A DNA stretch of 64,000 bases from Neodothiora populina (lineage: Eukaryota), in assembly GCF_041146345.1 (NCBI RefSeq), contig NW_027191404.1, positions 186,001 through 250,000 on the forward strand. The letters are read 5' to 3'. Each line of letters starts with the position of its first letter. Position 1 is the stretch's first letter. The notes beneath the pieces were generated by a model. It saw only the letters and a program-made list of their open reading frames with translations, ran no database searches and had not been told where the DNA came from. The translations under genes and the position numbers were made by a program. Of this stretch, positions 34,658 through 47,626 are shown in pieces.

Positions 34658-35920
34658 ATGAACCGTAAGAGAATCACCCAGGGTGCGCATGATCACCACG
34701 GTAGGGACCGTAGAGGTCAACAAGATCGACGCCAAATCAAGAACTCCAACACAAGGGACACTAACAACAAAAAGCAGAACATCGTAAAAAAGAAGAAGAT
34801 TAATAACAGCAACAACATCAGCGTATGTGGAAACTGCAACAAACCTGGGCACTACCAAAGAGAGTGCTATGCTCCCTGCGGCAAGTGTGGTCTTAGAGGT
34901 CACACAGTGTCGAAATGCCCGACCCCAGCTGTTCATCATCATGAGAAGGTGCTAAAATACTGCGAGGACTGCAACGAATCTACGCACAATCTAGACCAAT
35001 GTTCGAGATGTAAGTATTGTAACATGTCGAACCACAAGTCTATTGACTGCACTAGGAATAGCAGAAAAATCGCTTGGGAAAGCGAACATGGCACGAAGGT
35101 CTGTCTCAACTGCAATGTTCGAGGACATTTGGAGGTCGAATGTGAAAACCCGCTCTCGAAGGGACAAGCATACGAACCAATGGATGAGATCGTCTTTCCC
35201 GATGCACCGATCAGCAACGATCTGACTGCCATGTCTCGACTTTTAGCACTTCCCCAGGCACGTTCGCCAAGCCAACAACAGCAGGAGCTTCCTCGCTGTG
35301 AGCGTTGCGAAACTCGTGGTGCTCTGAACGCAATCTCACCTCACTCGTCGAAAGCATGTCCCATCTACCGATACTGCGAACACTGCAATAGCATCCTGCA
35401 TAACACCTATGAGTGTCGTGATCAGGCCGGTAAGATCCTGTGGTCTAACTCAGCACTAATGTGCGCCTCCTGTGGATGTCGCGGCCATTCCCACGACATC
35501 TGTCAGCACCCGAATCCGGGTGAGTCGACTCGTACATTCGAGGTCATGCCTCGTGCTGTTACACATCTGGATGACCATATCTTAGGTTACAACCTTGCTA
35601 AACTGGGCGTGCAAATCGGCACAAACATCTCTACTCGACTATGGAACAATGTCGCTAATGGTTTAGGTCACTACTTCGGCGTTCCTTCAGCAGGTATCTT
35701 ACTTTACAAAGGCTTCGAGATGTGTTGTGAGACCTGTCATCACAAGGCTCATCCTGTTGCTATCCAAGGTGAGGATGTCATCATGCACGGCATAGACATG
35801 TCTGTGCCCGGTATTGTACCTAAGAACCTCGCCATCATCATGGAGACAGATTGCAACTGTTGGGTAAATGGCTTGAGGTGGTCGAGGCTTGATATGGGCA
35901 GGTTGAGCATGTTTCCTTAG
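34658..35920 (+). CDS. Intronless multi-CCHC zinc-knuckle protein (420 aa)
   Basis: Seven CX2CX4HX4C knuckles (CGNCNKPGHYQREC, CGKCGLRGHTVSKC, CEDCNESTHNLDQC, CKYCNMSNHKSIDC, CLNCNVRGHLEVEC, CEHCNSILHNTYEC, CASCGCRGHSHDIC) plus one extended variant; basic N-terminus. Confidence 0.85.
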   Translation: MNRKRITQGAHDHHGRDRRGQQDRRQIKNSNTRDTNNKKQNIVKKKKINNSNNISVCGNCNKPGHYQRECYAPCGKCGLRGHTVSKCPTPAVHHHEKVLKYCEDCNESTHNLDQCSRCKYCNMSNHKSIDCTRNSRKIAWESEHGTKVCLNCNVRGHLEVECENPLSKGQAYEPMDEIVFPDAPISNDLTAMSRLLALPQARSPSQQQQELPRCERCETRGALNAISPHSSKACPIYRYCEHCNSILHNTYECRDQAGKILWSNSALMCASCGCRGHSHDICQHPNPGESTRTFEVMPRAVTHLDDHILGYNLAKLGVQIGTNISTRLWNNVANGLGHYFGVPSAGILLYKGFEMCCETCHHKAHPVAIQGEDVIMHGIDMSVPGIVPKNLAIIMETDCNCWVNGLRWSRLDMGRLSMFP

Positions 35921-36246
35921 GCGCTCTTGTCTTCGTCTCTGATTTAGTATTTTCGTTCGTTTAGCGCTTGTGTATCCGATATGTCGCGTGGGCTGGTCCT
36001 GCGCGGCGATCATTGTTTGGAACAATTTTCCATCTCCCATTGGTATTTCAATTATTAAGGCAAGTACAAAGAGATCAAAGCCATTCCTTTGTTCTCCTAG
36101 GAGCTATGAAGTTGTCGGGTGGTACCGGACAAGTGATTATCCTCGAGTTGTGATCTATTGATTGGACCAATCATGTTGATGTGAATAATGATTCATTGTT
36201 CTCGTTCTTTGCAGCATTTTGTTTCGATTCTAAATTCAATTCCACC

Positions 36247-37803
36247 CTAATCTTGCACGCTCTCGCCTGCCTTCTCAGCGTCGGGTGTAGTATCTCCACC
36301 CTTTTCTCTCATTGCGAGCTTTTCTGCCTTCTTTTGAGCGATCTTTTCTGCCTTGCGCTCACCCTTGCTCTTCTCTCTGCCTCCCCTCTCGTTCCCAGCG
36401 TTTCCACCTTTGTTTCCTACGTTGTCGGGCGTGACCATTGCCAGCAAATTCTCCTTGCCGGCAAACTGGAGCTCCCTCGGCGTCATGAACTCGCGCATGA
36501 TATCCTCGGTGACCTTGGCTCGGCGCTCCTGGAACGCAGTGACGAACTTTTGAAGCTCCTCGATACATTTCTTCTTGAGCTCGCCGGTCGACAGCGTGCC
36601 CTTTCGGTATGAAGTCTCAATCTCGGCGAGCTCTTCGTCCGAGTCGAGGAAGTAAGACAGGTAGGCATAAGCTACGTCAACATCAGGGTTACCGCCGTAC
36701 TTTTCGTGGTCTTCCTTCGTAGCACCACCTCCAGAGAACCCGTAGCGGTTGATCTTGTTCTTGATGGTGCTGGGCGGGTCGTTCATGAAGATTGCGGAGT
36801 TGGGATCCGAAGCACTCATTTTTCCGCCGGGGCCTTGAAGAGCAGTCAGGAATTTGGAGAGGATAAGAGCGGTTTTGGGCGAAGGGTTCTCCATCCTGTC
36901 GCAGTTCTCGCGCAGCATACGGAAGTAAGGCTCTTGGTCAATTGCGCAAGGTATCAGCGTGGGAATAGCAGCAATGCGCTTCTGTGGACGAGAAGCAGCA
37001 TAGTCAGGAGCACGGAAGTCTGGCTGCCCGAAGAGGATAGGGTAGGACGACGCGAACGCTGCCACGCATTGCTTTGCGGCATATGCGTTAAGACCAATGT
37101 TGGTGCTGCCATCGAATCCTAGCGCACCGCGGATCTGATTGTTGGTGAGCAGAGCCTCGAACTCAGAGATGTTCTGGTAGAAGTGGCCGCCCATGTACTC
37201 GTAGTCGGTATAGATGAATGTCTTCTTGGGGTCGAAGCCAAGAGCAATAATATCTTTGCAGTTGTCATGTGCATACTTGATAAAGTCACCGAGAGCAGCA
37301 CCTTTTGTCGCCTTGCCCTGGTTCTTGTTGCGAGTATACAGGAACTTCTCATCATCTGTCAACATAACGACAAGTGGCACGTCGAATATCTCTTGCAGCT
37401 CCTTGGTGAAGAGAAAGGGCACAGCATGTCCCAAGTGCATGGAACCGCTGGACGGGCCACGACCGGTATATAAGAGAAAGAACTTATGCTTCTCATAGTA
37501 ATCCAGAATCTTATCAAAGTCGCGATGGGAGAAGAAGAGCTTCCTTCTCATCAAGCGATGCGGTGGTTTTCCTGTGACTCTTTCGAACCGCGCCAGATGC
37601 TCCTCAGTCAGGGCAGGTGTGTCGAATCTTTTTCGTAGCGCTTCATAATCTATAGCCTTGACATTTCCCTCGTCATCTACTCCACCAGACACATTATAAG
37701 GATCAATCAGCTGCTCTGCCGCAGCCTTCTTGATTTCTTCTACGGCAGGAGGGGCTCCCACCGCTTCCTCGGTGTGCGGTGCTCCTTCCGCTGGGGCTGC
37801 CAT
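36247..37803 (-). CDS. WRS1: Cytoplasmic tryptophanyl-tRNA synthetase
   Basis: LYTGRGPSSGSMHLGH (HIGH), LTDDEKFL, LIPCAIDQEPYFR, KMSAS (KMSKS), KNKINRYGFSGG. Confidence 0.96.
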   Translation of the reverse strand: MAAPAEGAPHTEEAVGAPPAVEEIKKAAAEQLIDPYNVSGGVDDEGNVKAIDYEALRKRFDTPALTEEHLARFERVTGKPPHRLMRRKLFFSHRDFDKILDYYEKHKFFLLYTGRGPSSGSMHLGHAVPFLFTKELQEIFDVPLVVMLTDDEKFLYTRNKNQGKATKGAALGDFIKYAHDNCKDIIALGFDPKKTFIYTDYEYMGGHFYQNISEFEALLTNNQIRGALGFDGSTNIGLNAYAAKQCVAAFASSYPILFGQPDFRAPDYAASRPQKRIAAIPTLIPCAIDQEPYFRMLRENCDRMENPSPKTALILSKFLTALQGPGGKMSASDPNSAIFMNDPPSTIKNKINRYGFSGGGATKEDHEKYGGNPDVDVAYAYLSYFLDSDEELAEIETSYRKGTLSTGELKKKCIEELQKFVTAFQERRAKVTEDIMREFMTPRELQFAGKENLLAMVTPDNVGNKGGNAGNERGGREKSKGERKAEKIAQKKAEKLAMREKGGDTTPDAEKAGESVQD

Positions 37804-38512
37804 GCTTTCCGTTATTCCTTAGCTGACCTTGTTTGACGACCTCCTCTCTGACCCCTAGCGATCTTGCTGGGAGTATAGGTTTTCGATTGTGATATACGAG
37901 TCACACAATGATCTTTGTCGCATGTGCCCAATGACCCAGACCACCTCGACCCTCCGTCCCTGGAAAATCACCCCGCCGAAAGTCTTGGCAGAACATGTCG
38001 GACATTATTCAGTCACAGTCCGATCATCTTTGCCGACTCTCCAATGTCCTACTATACTTTTACTTCGACGTCAGTAAACAACGACACAAACTGAAATACC
38101 TTCACCTATACGCTGACGTTAATTGAAAAGTCCATGTGTCATGTCTTTGGGCAGCCCGCCAGCGTCACAGTGTCCCATCGCAATTTCACTCCTACCTTAC
38201 TATGGATGAGCTCGGAAACACGTGTCAACGCTTGACGTCACTGCTTGACTCGAGGTTCGCCTTCCAAGCCTTGGGATGAAACCGCTTCTACTTGTATCGG
38301 AACCTCGGACGACCAAGGATGATGGCTGAACCAAGGCAAAGCTAAATGAGGTCTTGTAGATACCGTTCGAACCATTGAGATCTCATGCTAGCTCTCATAC
38401 ATTGCACTGCCTCTTTTTCGACGTCAACGTATCTCACCTTCATACATTAGCCAACGCCTATTCGCGATGCTCTGTTACATCGATCTATGACCCTTGCCAG
38501 GCTCGGACTGCC

Positions 38513-40659
38513 ATGAAGCAAACCTCCCCCATCAAACAGCTCTTGTCTTTAGTCTCTAAAGTCAAGCTGAACTTCTATCGCTTACATCTCATCTACTTCA
38601 TTTTCGTGATTCTCTTATCTTCAGTCATTCTATATGGCAGCACAACAAATGGCAACAGCGGGAACGCCGAGGAGGAGTTCAGGCTCCGCTACATTGATGC
38701 ACTTTTCTTGTGTGCCAGTGCTATGACAAGCGCTGGATTAAATGTTATAAATCTTGGTTCTCTCACAGGATTTCAGCAAGCAGTGCTGTTCACCTTGATA
38801 CCTCTTGGCAATGTTATCATAGTGTCTACATCTATGGTATATATCAGGCGGTACTGGTTTCGGAAGAAGATGGACCAATTTCTGGAGCACTCAAGAACTG
38901 GACGCGTAATCGCCAAAGATGTTGAGCGACAAGAAGCTAACCTTGGGAGCCATCGAGCCCCCAACTATCGCGCCGCCCAAGCTGCCGCAGCGAGTGAGAC
39001 CGACTTCCGGCCAGAGAGGCCTTCACGAGCACCCACTGGCGCGGAGACTCTGCGTAAGAGGAGAACTGGGGACTTTCATGCCCCAGCCCACGGCGGCTTT
39101 CCGCTGCCGTGGCAGACCCAACGCTTTCGAAATGCGGTCCAGCATCCTTTCCGGAGTCTCAGTATGAAACCAGAGACAGCAACGCACCCTTATCTATCAT
39201 TCAAGCCAGTCTTAGATAAGAAGGGACGTATCTACTCTCTCGACGAGAGACAGAAGACAGAATTAGGAGGCGTCGAGTACCGGGCCTTGAAACTTCTCAG
39301 CTGGCTTCTACCAGCATACATCCTGTTCTGGGTCATTATAGGCATCGTTATCCTGGTGCCTTATGGCACCGTGGATCGCAATGTCGAGAACATCATTCAA
39401 ACATCACAACCTGGGAACCTAAGTCCCGGCTGGTGGGCGACCTTCACTGTCATTTCTGCCTTCGGAAACTGTGGAATGAGCCCTCTGGACGCAAATCTGG
39501 TCCCTTTTCAAGGATATTATCTCATCTTGATTGTAACAGGGGCTCTTATTCTTCTAGGGAACCAATTCTTCCCAATATTCCTACGCCTCTTCATCTGGAC
39601 AATCTTCAAGATGGTTCCACGCGACTCTCAACTTCACCACACTTGCGCATTCCTCCTCCAGCATCCGCGTCGGTGCTTCATTCTGTTGTTTCCCTCGATA
39701 AATACCTGGTATCTTCTGGCTGTACAATTCACGCTTGGCAATGTACTCTGGGCTTTCTTCGGCATCTTGAACATTGGTCTTCCCGAATTCGAGGCGATGT
39801 CTGCAGGTCGCGAGACTGCCTTGGGCTTGTTCCAAGCTCTGGGTGCGCGTGTAGGTGGAATGTACGTGGTACTGCTCAGCAACGTTGCACCTGCATTGCA
39901 GATCATGTATTTGATTGCCATGTACATTTCTGCCTTTCCTATCATTGTGTCTCTGAGGCAGACGAACGTCTATGAGGAGCGCAGCTTGGGACTTGAACAT
40001 CAAAGTGCGGATGATCCCAGCAACGAAAACAAGGGCAGCAGTATTTCTATGCATGTCAGAAGGCAATTGGCCTACGATCTGTGGTATGTATGGTCTGAGG
40101 TAATCTATCTATAACACTTCACGCTAATCTCGAAAACTGCAGGTGGCTAGCGCTAGCAATCTGGCTAATCTCAATCATTGAACGAATCGAGATCCAGAAC
40201 GACGACATGAAATTCTTCAATATATGGACCATAATGTTTGAAGTCTTCAGTGGCTACGGAAACGTTGGACTCTCGCTGGGCGTCCCATTCGATGACTATT
40301 CGTTCAGCGGTGTGTGGCATACACTCTCAAAACTCGTGCTCATTGTCGTCATGCTCAGAGGCAGACACAGAGGTCTGCCCTACGCGGTCGACCGAGCTGT
40401 ATTATTGCCCGGTGAAGAATTAATGGAAGAGATGGACAGGGAAATCAATTTCCAAGGACAGGGCGAGTGGGGAGACGGCGACACATGGGGCAGAAGAGAG
40501 ATGAGAGATCCAGAGGGCAGGGATTTGTGTGAAGAGGACAAAGCGAAGCTAAGGAAGGAGTTCCTGGGTACCGATGACCAAGATGGTGGTAGCAGTGGCT
40601 TTCAAAGTTCAGAAGGACGGAATCCGTCCGGTGATCCTGTGGGGGTTGAACATATATGA
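38513..40659 (+). CDS. Trk/TrkH-family K+ (cation) transporter
   Basis: LNFYRLHLIYF, YIDALFLCASAMTSAGLN, LGGVEYRALKLL, SAFGNCG, FLLQHPRRCFILLFPS, RQTNVYEERSLG, FEVFSGYGNVGLSLG, MLRGRHRGLPYAVDRAV; intron 40084-40142. Confidence 0.93.
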
Positions 40660-41073
40660 AGTCAATCTCGGGGCTTTGTCGTATACCGTTCTACAGCTTA
40701 ACAGCAGCAGATGATCTTCTTGATACCTTGCCAATAATACCCACTCTGGCTCCATCACTTGGTCTAGAGTCTCGTCTAATACATCAATCCTTCCGATTCC
40801 CTGCTCCTAGCCCGTGTAACGGCGCGCCACACAGGTCATCTTTACCCCGCTGTCTGGCCGTGCGATCCGGGGAAATAGGCAGACAAAGAGATGGTCGGTA
40901 ACGATCTACAGGCGCACTTCAGGCATGTACCCGATCTCTGTACATATATATATGTAGTGAATAAGATCTGCTCATCGGAGACAGAGGACAAGCTTTGTGA
41001 GAGACACCTTGGCGATAAGCTTGTTTTACTCTATCTCAAAGACTAGGAATTATTTCACCACTAGGGGATCATT

Positions 41074-42673
41074 ATGGCTATTGTGGCGACGTCTGTGAAT
41101 TACTGTGTAAGCTTATCGTCTATTTGTCTTCTCCATATTTTGTTTTAGATGTCTTTTGTAACAGTGAACTGATACTATGATTCGACGCGACACAACAGTG
41201 CGACCAGCTACTATCAGCTCTTGGCCCCTCAGTAATTTCCTTCCCTGGAAACGCGAGTTACCAGACAACGGAATCCTCATACTGGTCCATCCAAGAAGCG
41301 TCATTGACTCCAACTTGCATCGCCACACCGCTCGACACCAATACCACAGGGGCCATCATACATATCCTCTCGTCTCTGGGACCGAGTTGTCAGTTGGCTA
41401 TCAAGTCCCAAGGGCATGCGCCAGCGGCTGGCTTTGCAAATATCGAGGATGGCGTCACGATTGATATCACGGGATTGAACCAGACTGTGTTGAGTGCAGA
41501 TGAGAAAGTGGTCAGCGTGGGTACTGGAGCTTCTTGGTCTGGAGTCTATGATTATCTGGATCCATATGGTTTGGTCGTTGCTGGAGGCAGAAATGGTGCC
41601 GTGGGCGTTGGTGGATTGACACTTGGTGGTGGAATATCTTATTTCTCGCCTAGGGTCGGTTATAGTAAGTCGCGGCAGTTACATGAACAGCCTTTTGTGT
41701 TTTGGAGGTCATGCAAGCTGATAAGAAGACAGCATGCGATACCGTGACGAACTTCGAAGTCGTACTCGCACATGGCAAAGTCGTCAATGCTAACGCCAGT
41801 GTCAATTCTGATCTTTTCCGCGCGCTCAAGGGTGGAGCGGGCAATTTTGGCCTTGTCACTCGAGTCGACTTGGCTACCATACCTCAGGGAAATATTCTGG
41901 GTGGCTCGGTCGCACACAACACCTTTGACAGGGAGGCTGTATTCAAGGCGTTCACTGATATCGCTGGAGCAATAAACTACGATCAGTACGCGTCAGTTGT
42001 GACTAGCATCAGCTTCAACTCTACCAGTAAGGGCTGGAGTGTTGCCAGCACACCAGTCTACACTGGTCCCAATATTACCACCAATGCTACTCCTCCGGTA
42101 TATCAGGAGTTGCTTGCTGTACCTCAGCTTTCCAATACAATCAAGGTGACGAACGCATCTACCTTTTCCGCCGAGCCTGCAATACCACCTCTCAACTGGC
42201 TCTTTGAGACAGGCACCTATGGTGTATCTGCAAGCTTGATGAGCCAATTCTTCGACATCTGCAACAGCACTCTGTATGATTTTGACGCGCCAGCGGGGTG
42301 GGTCGTCTGGAGCCTGGCTTTCGAGCCATTCCCTACCGCAATCACAGCAAAGGGTGCAGGAGCAAATGTCTTGGGCACTTCTCCTGCCGACGGCAATAGC
42401 ATGATATTGCTGATATCGCCTCTGTGGACTTCCTCTAATTCATCGACTTTGGTCACTGCGAAGGACAAAGAGCTTCTCGCGAACTTGGATGCTGCAGCTG
42501 ACAAGATCGGCTTGTTGCATAAGTTTCAATACACAAACTATGCTGGACCTTGGCAGCAGCCGTTGAAGAGTTACGGATGGAAGAACTATGGGTTCTTGAA
42601 GGGCGTGAGCAAGCGCTATGATCCAAAGGGGTTCTCCCAGCGTCAGGTGCCTGGAGGGTTTAAGCTGCATTGA
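41074..42673 (+). CDS. FAD-linked oxidoreductase (berberine-bridge-enzyme-like, FAD_binding_4)
   Basis: YWSIQEASLTPTC, AIKSQGH (flavinylated His position), GGRNGAVGVGGLTLGGGISYFS, CDTVTNFEVVLA, DLFRALKGGAGNFGLVT, YTNYA, YDPKG...VPGGFKL. Two introns; start codon tentative. Confidence 0.9.
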
Positions 42674-43442
42674 ACCCAAGCGAGGCAAGGATACGGTGGC
42701 GTACGTGTAGCACCTTCATGTGGACCGAGATGAAGTCGGCACTCTCATAAGCAAAGTTCACTCACATCATGAGCCGTCTTAACAAGCTGCCGTTGTACGA
42801 CTAAAAGAAGCTTGATTCGTTATGTCCTGACTCGATCACACACAGCACTCTGTAGTGCATTCGACTATACTGTGCTAGTAAATAATCATCGATATTTGTG
42901 ATTGAATTACATCTCGAGCAGTGCAGACATTATAGCTTCCACCCGGCCCGAGCCAAGAAAGCATTCAAGCAGTGGACCGTGCAGTGACGCGCTCTCAGAG
43001 TAGAGGAAAGAGCGAACGCGCGCGACTTGCTGCAATTGCACTCCAAGTCTTGGCTCTTTCCTGTCGGCCATCCACTACTGGCGATTGGATTGGCAGCTAC
43101 GTGCTTGCACTGCTCTGAGTCGCGCTTTCTATTTTGCCCTTCTCTCGCTCTTTCCCTCATTCCCCCACCAGTCCCACCGTTATCTACATCTCGTTGCTTT
43201 TTCTTCATCCGATTGAGGAATTGTATGCATACCTAGTGAATAGATTCAACACCCAGATAGAGGACAAGGACTATCGCATCCTCCCGGAGATCAAGCGCGG
43301 ATATAAACACTAGATTCAATCTTTCCTCTCATCCGGAAAAGCAACTTGAACTTCTTTTCGTGTTGCACCCCCTACGGACACGCAGCACAACACCATCACA
43401 TAGCGCGTGATCTGGCATCGGCGAGGCGCGCAGTATTTCATC

Positions 43443-46400
43443 ATGAACGGCCGCAAGGACCGTGACGAGCAAATGACGGTAAGTTCTGGCGCATTTTATC
43501 TATCCTGCTCTACTATCATCAATCTCAATCATTGGAGATGATTGTTATGAACTCCAGGACTGACAATTCGCCACAGGACGCGCTAGATACCCCCGACTAC
43601 ACTGTAGGATGACCTCTCAGCTAGAGCGCAATTCAGAACGCGACTGGAACTAATCTGTTACTTCAGGACACCGAGCCAGGAGCAGACACCACCGAGAGTA
43701 GTATTGCCGGTGATGTACAAGCAGATGGCCGAAAGCGTAGATGGGAGGGCAATGCTCTCCGGAAGAGCGTGCTCGGCAAGAAGCATGACAGACTGGGTGA
43801 ATCAAAGGTACATGGGCCTGCCTCTTCACCAGCTCAATGCAGCGGTTGACTAATTAAATGCCATTACAGGAAGACGACTCCATTCGACGATTCCGATATC
43901 TCCTAGGCCTGACTGATCTTTTCCGTCACTTTATTGATACTAACCCTAACCCCGAGATTAAAAAGATCATGGCCGAAATTGACCGCCAAGACGAGGAAGA
44001 CGCGAAAAAGGCTGGCAAGGCAACTGCGAGAAAAGGTGGCGCAGGAGGCGACAGGAGAAGGCGCACAGAAAAAGAGGAGGATGCCGAGCTTCTCAAGACC
44101 GGCAAAGCCGAGACGAACGAGCAAGTTACTATCTTCCGCGAGTCACCAAGCTACATCCAGGGAGAGATGCGCGACTACCAGGTTGCTGGTCTGAATTGGC
44201 TCGTCTCATTACACGAGAACGGTATTTCTGGTATCCTGGCCGATGAGATGGGTCTGGGAAAGACACTTCAGACGATCTCCTTCGTTGGCTACTTGCGCTT
44301 TGTTTGCGGCATCAACGGCCCGCATCTTGTTGCTGTCCCAAAATCGACCCTGGACAACTGGAAGCGTGAGTTTGCAAGATGGATTCCAGAGATCGACGTC
44401 CTAGTGCTCCAAGGAACCAAGGAAGAGCGTCAAAAGATCATCAACGAGCGACTGACCGAGGAGAAATTCGATGTCCTCATCACATCTTACGAAATGATCT
44501 TGCGCGAGAAGTCGAGCTTGAAGAAATTCGCCTGGGAATACATTATCATCGACGAGGCCCACCGCATCAAGAACGAAGAGTCTTCCCTTGCGCAGATCAT
44601 TCGCATGTTTAACTCCCGCAACCGTTTGCTCATCACAGGTACTCCGCTGCAGAACAACCTTCACGAACTTTGGGCTTTGCTCAATTTCTTACTTCCTGAT
44701 GTCTTCGGTGACTCGGAAGCTTTTGATCAGTGGTTCAACAACCAAGAGTCCGACCAAGAGACCGTGGTACAACAGCTTCACAAAGTGCTTCGACCCTTTT
44801 TGTTGCGAAGAGTGAAGAGCGACGTGGAAAAGAGCTTGCTACCGAAGAAGGAGCTGAACTTGTACATCGGCATGTCTGAGATGCAAGTGAACTGGTATAA
44901 GAAGATTCTCGAGAAGGATATCGATGCTGTGAACGGTGCCGCTGGAAAGAAAGAGTCCAAGACGCGTCTACTCAATATTGTCATGCAGTTGCGCAAGTGC
45001 TGTAATCATCCGTACCTCTTCGATGGTGCCGAACCCGGTCCCCCGTACACGACCGACGAGCATCTTGTCTACAACTCCGCCAAGATGGTCATGCTTGACA
45101 AGCTACTTTCCAGGATGAAAGCCCAAGGCAGTCGTGTTTTGATCTTCTCGCAGATGAGCAGAGTACTCGACATCCTCGAGGATTATTCCGTCTTCCGCGG
45201 ATATCAATACTGCCGTATCGACGGTTCAACTGCTCACGAGGATCGTATTGCCGCTATCGACGATTACAACGCAGAGAACTCCGAAAAGTTCCTCTTCCTT
45301 CTTACGACTCGTGCTGGTGGTCTCGGTATCAATCTGACTTCTGCGGATATCGTTGTCCTGTTCGACAGTGATTGGAACCCTCAGGCAGATCTGCAAGCTA
45401 TGGACCGCGCTCATCGTATCGGTCAGAAGAAGCAAGTTGTTGTCTTCAGATTCATTACAGAAAATGCAATCGAAGAGAAGGTGCTGGAGAGAGCTGCACA
45501 GAAGCTCCGGCTTGATCAACTTGTCATTCAACAGGGCCGTGCGCAGCAGCAAGCCAAGACCGCTGCCTCAAAAGACGAGCTCCTGAACATGATTCAACAT
45601 GGTGCAGAAAAGGTCTTCGAGGGCAATGCCGACAACAAATTTGGCAAGCAAGGGCAGATCACAGACGATGAGATTGATGCTATCCTCAAGGCAGGAGAGG
45701 AACGTACCGCGCAGCTTAACGCAAAGTACGAGAAGCTCGGTATCGATGACTTGCAAAAGTTCACCTCCGACTCTGCCTACGAATGGAATGGTCAAGACTT
45801 CACTAATGCCAAAAAGAAGGACATTGGTCTTTCATGGATCAACCCCACCAAGCGTGAGCGCAAGGTGATCAACATGAGCGAGAACGATTACTACAAGGGC
45901 GTCTTACACACCGGTGGACGTACGGTCGACCCTAAGCCCAAGGTCCCCCGTCCACCAAAGCAGCAAGCTATGCACGACTACCAATTTTTCGACGAGAGGC
46001 TAGCCGACCTGCAGGAGAAGGAAACCGCCTATTGGCGCAAGCAGAATGAGATCAAGGCACCTCTGGCTGACGGTACTGAAGAGGATCTCGAGCAGCGCAC
46101 CCAGGACCAGCAACTTGAACAGCAGGCGATCGACGACGCTGAGCCTTTGACTGCTGAAGAGCAGGAGGAGAAGGAAAGGCTTGCCCAGGAAGGATTTGGC
46201 GACTGGAACAAGCGCGACTTCCAGCAATTCATCAATGGCAGTGCCAAGTACGGTCGGAACAATCACGAGGGCATTGCTCAAGAGATCGACTCCAAAACGA
46301 CTAATGACATCAAGAAATACGCCAAGGTCTTCTGGAAGCGCTACCGGGAAATCTCCAACTGGGAGAAGCACATTCAGACCATCGAGGAAGGCGAAGAGCG

Positions 46401-47049
46401 TCAAGCCAAGATCGTTAAGCAAGGCCAACTGCTCAAGCAGAAAATGGCCATGTACCGCGTACCTCTGCAACAGTTGAAGATCAATTACACTGTGTCAACC
46501 ACCAACAAGAAGGTTTATACCGAAGAAGAAGATCGGTTCCTACTCGTCCAGATTGATAAGTTCGGTCTGGAGACCGAGGGCCTGTACGAGAAGATCCGCG
46601 ACGAGATTCGCGATAGTCCTCTCTTCAGATTCGACTGGTTCTTCTTGTCTCGCACGCCTCAGGAGATCGGCCGCAGATGTAACACTCTTATCACTACTGT
46701 CAGCCGTGAGATGATGGATCTCAATGGCGAGAAAGAGAACGGCGTGAAGGGTAGCAAGAGAGCTACTACTGAGTCTGAGGAGTTGAGCGAGGAAGATGTC
46801 AAGCCCAAGAAGGCCAAGACCAGCAGCACTGCAAAGGTGAGGATCGCTGCAGCAACATCGTAACCGTATAAATGCTGACTCGTTGCCGTACAGAACAAGA
46901 CCTTGGACAATGTCAAGGGCGCTGCCAGCAAGGGTTCATCGACCAACACTAGTCGTGCGGGCAGTGTGACGAGTACCACCGCCTCGAATGCGACCACGTC
47001 CAAAGCTAAATCCGGCGGAAGCAGTAGTAGAAGGACGAGTCGCAAGTAG
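43443..47049 (+). CDS. ISW2: ISWI-family chromatin-remodelling ATPase
   Basis: [19 protein letters not shown]2_N + helicase [25 protein letters not shown] ([21 protein letters not shown]). Short 5' exons from ATG 43443 and a 3' intron 46837-46892; stop 47047-47049. Confidence 0.95.
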
Positions 47050-47526
47050 GGCCTGAAGCATTCTTATTTCGGCCATGGTTTTGCTTGACTCTCGATTACT
47101 GCTATTAAATTTTCACTCTGTATCATGGGCTTGCGGGCGTTTTTCTTTCTCGGTCTTGTTCCAAAGGGGCTGGACAATACGGTATGGTCTGCGCTGTAGG
47201 AACATACAAATAAATCACGGCATCTGGCAATGAGGCGTTTCACTGGAAGAAATCATCGGATGACTGATCACGGGTAGGATGATTGGTGGATGAAATGGAG
47301 ATAAAGACAAAGAATCAATTTTCATACTTCCTGGTGCAAGGTTCTAGTTGCACGATTGTCTCCTATGTTCATACCTACCTTCGAGATTGCGGGTGATCGA
47401 GCTCGAGTACCTCGCTGCATTCTTTCCTGCTAGTCAATCATAAATGCCGAGTCGTGCTGTGTTTGGGAGGATTTGTAGCAACATCCCCACAGAGACCAGT
47501 CACGGCTGAAAAGTGCCAGACTGTTG

Positions 47527-47548
47527 GAATCAATGATGTGACTTGATT
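47527..47548 (+). repeat. 22-bp exact direct repeat, copy 1 (copy 2 at 53233-53254)
   Basis: GAATCAATGATGTGACTTGATT occurs at both sites, with weaker similarity continuing ~100 bp downstream (..ATCCACC..CTCGCAACAC). Confidence 0.8.
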
Positions 47549-47626
47549 GGAACCTGAGGTTGGTCCCACCTACCTTTGGTCCGCTTTGGACCATACTGCC
47601 CCGCTTTAAGGGCGATGGTCTTAACT

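Noticed and set aside
36247..37803. Link between TrpRS and the UAG->Trp candidates
   Set aside because: It is an ordinary housekeeping cytoplasmic TrpRS; proximity is most likely coincidence, and genes in the window use TAG as a normal stop.
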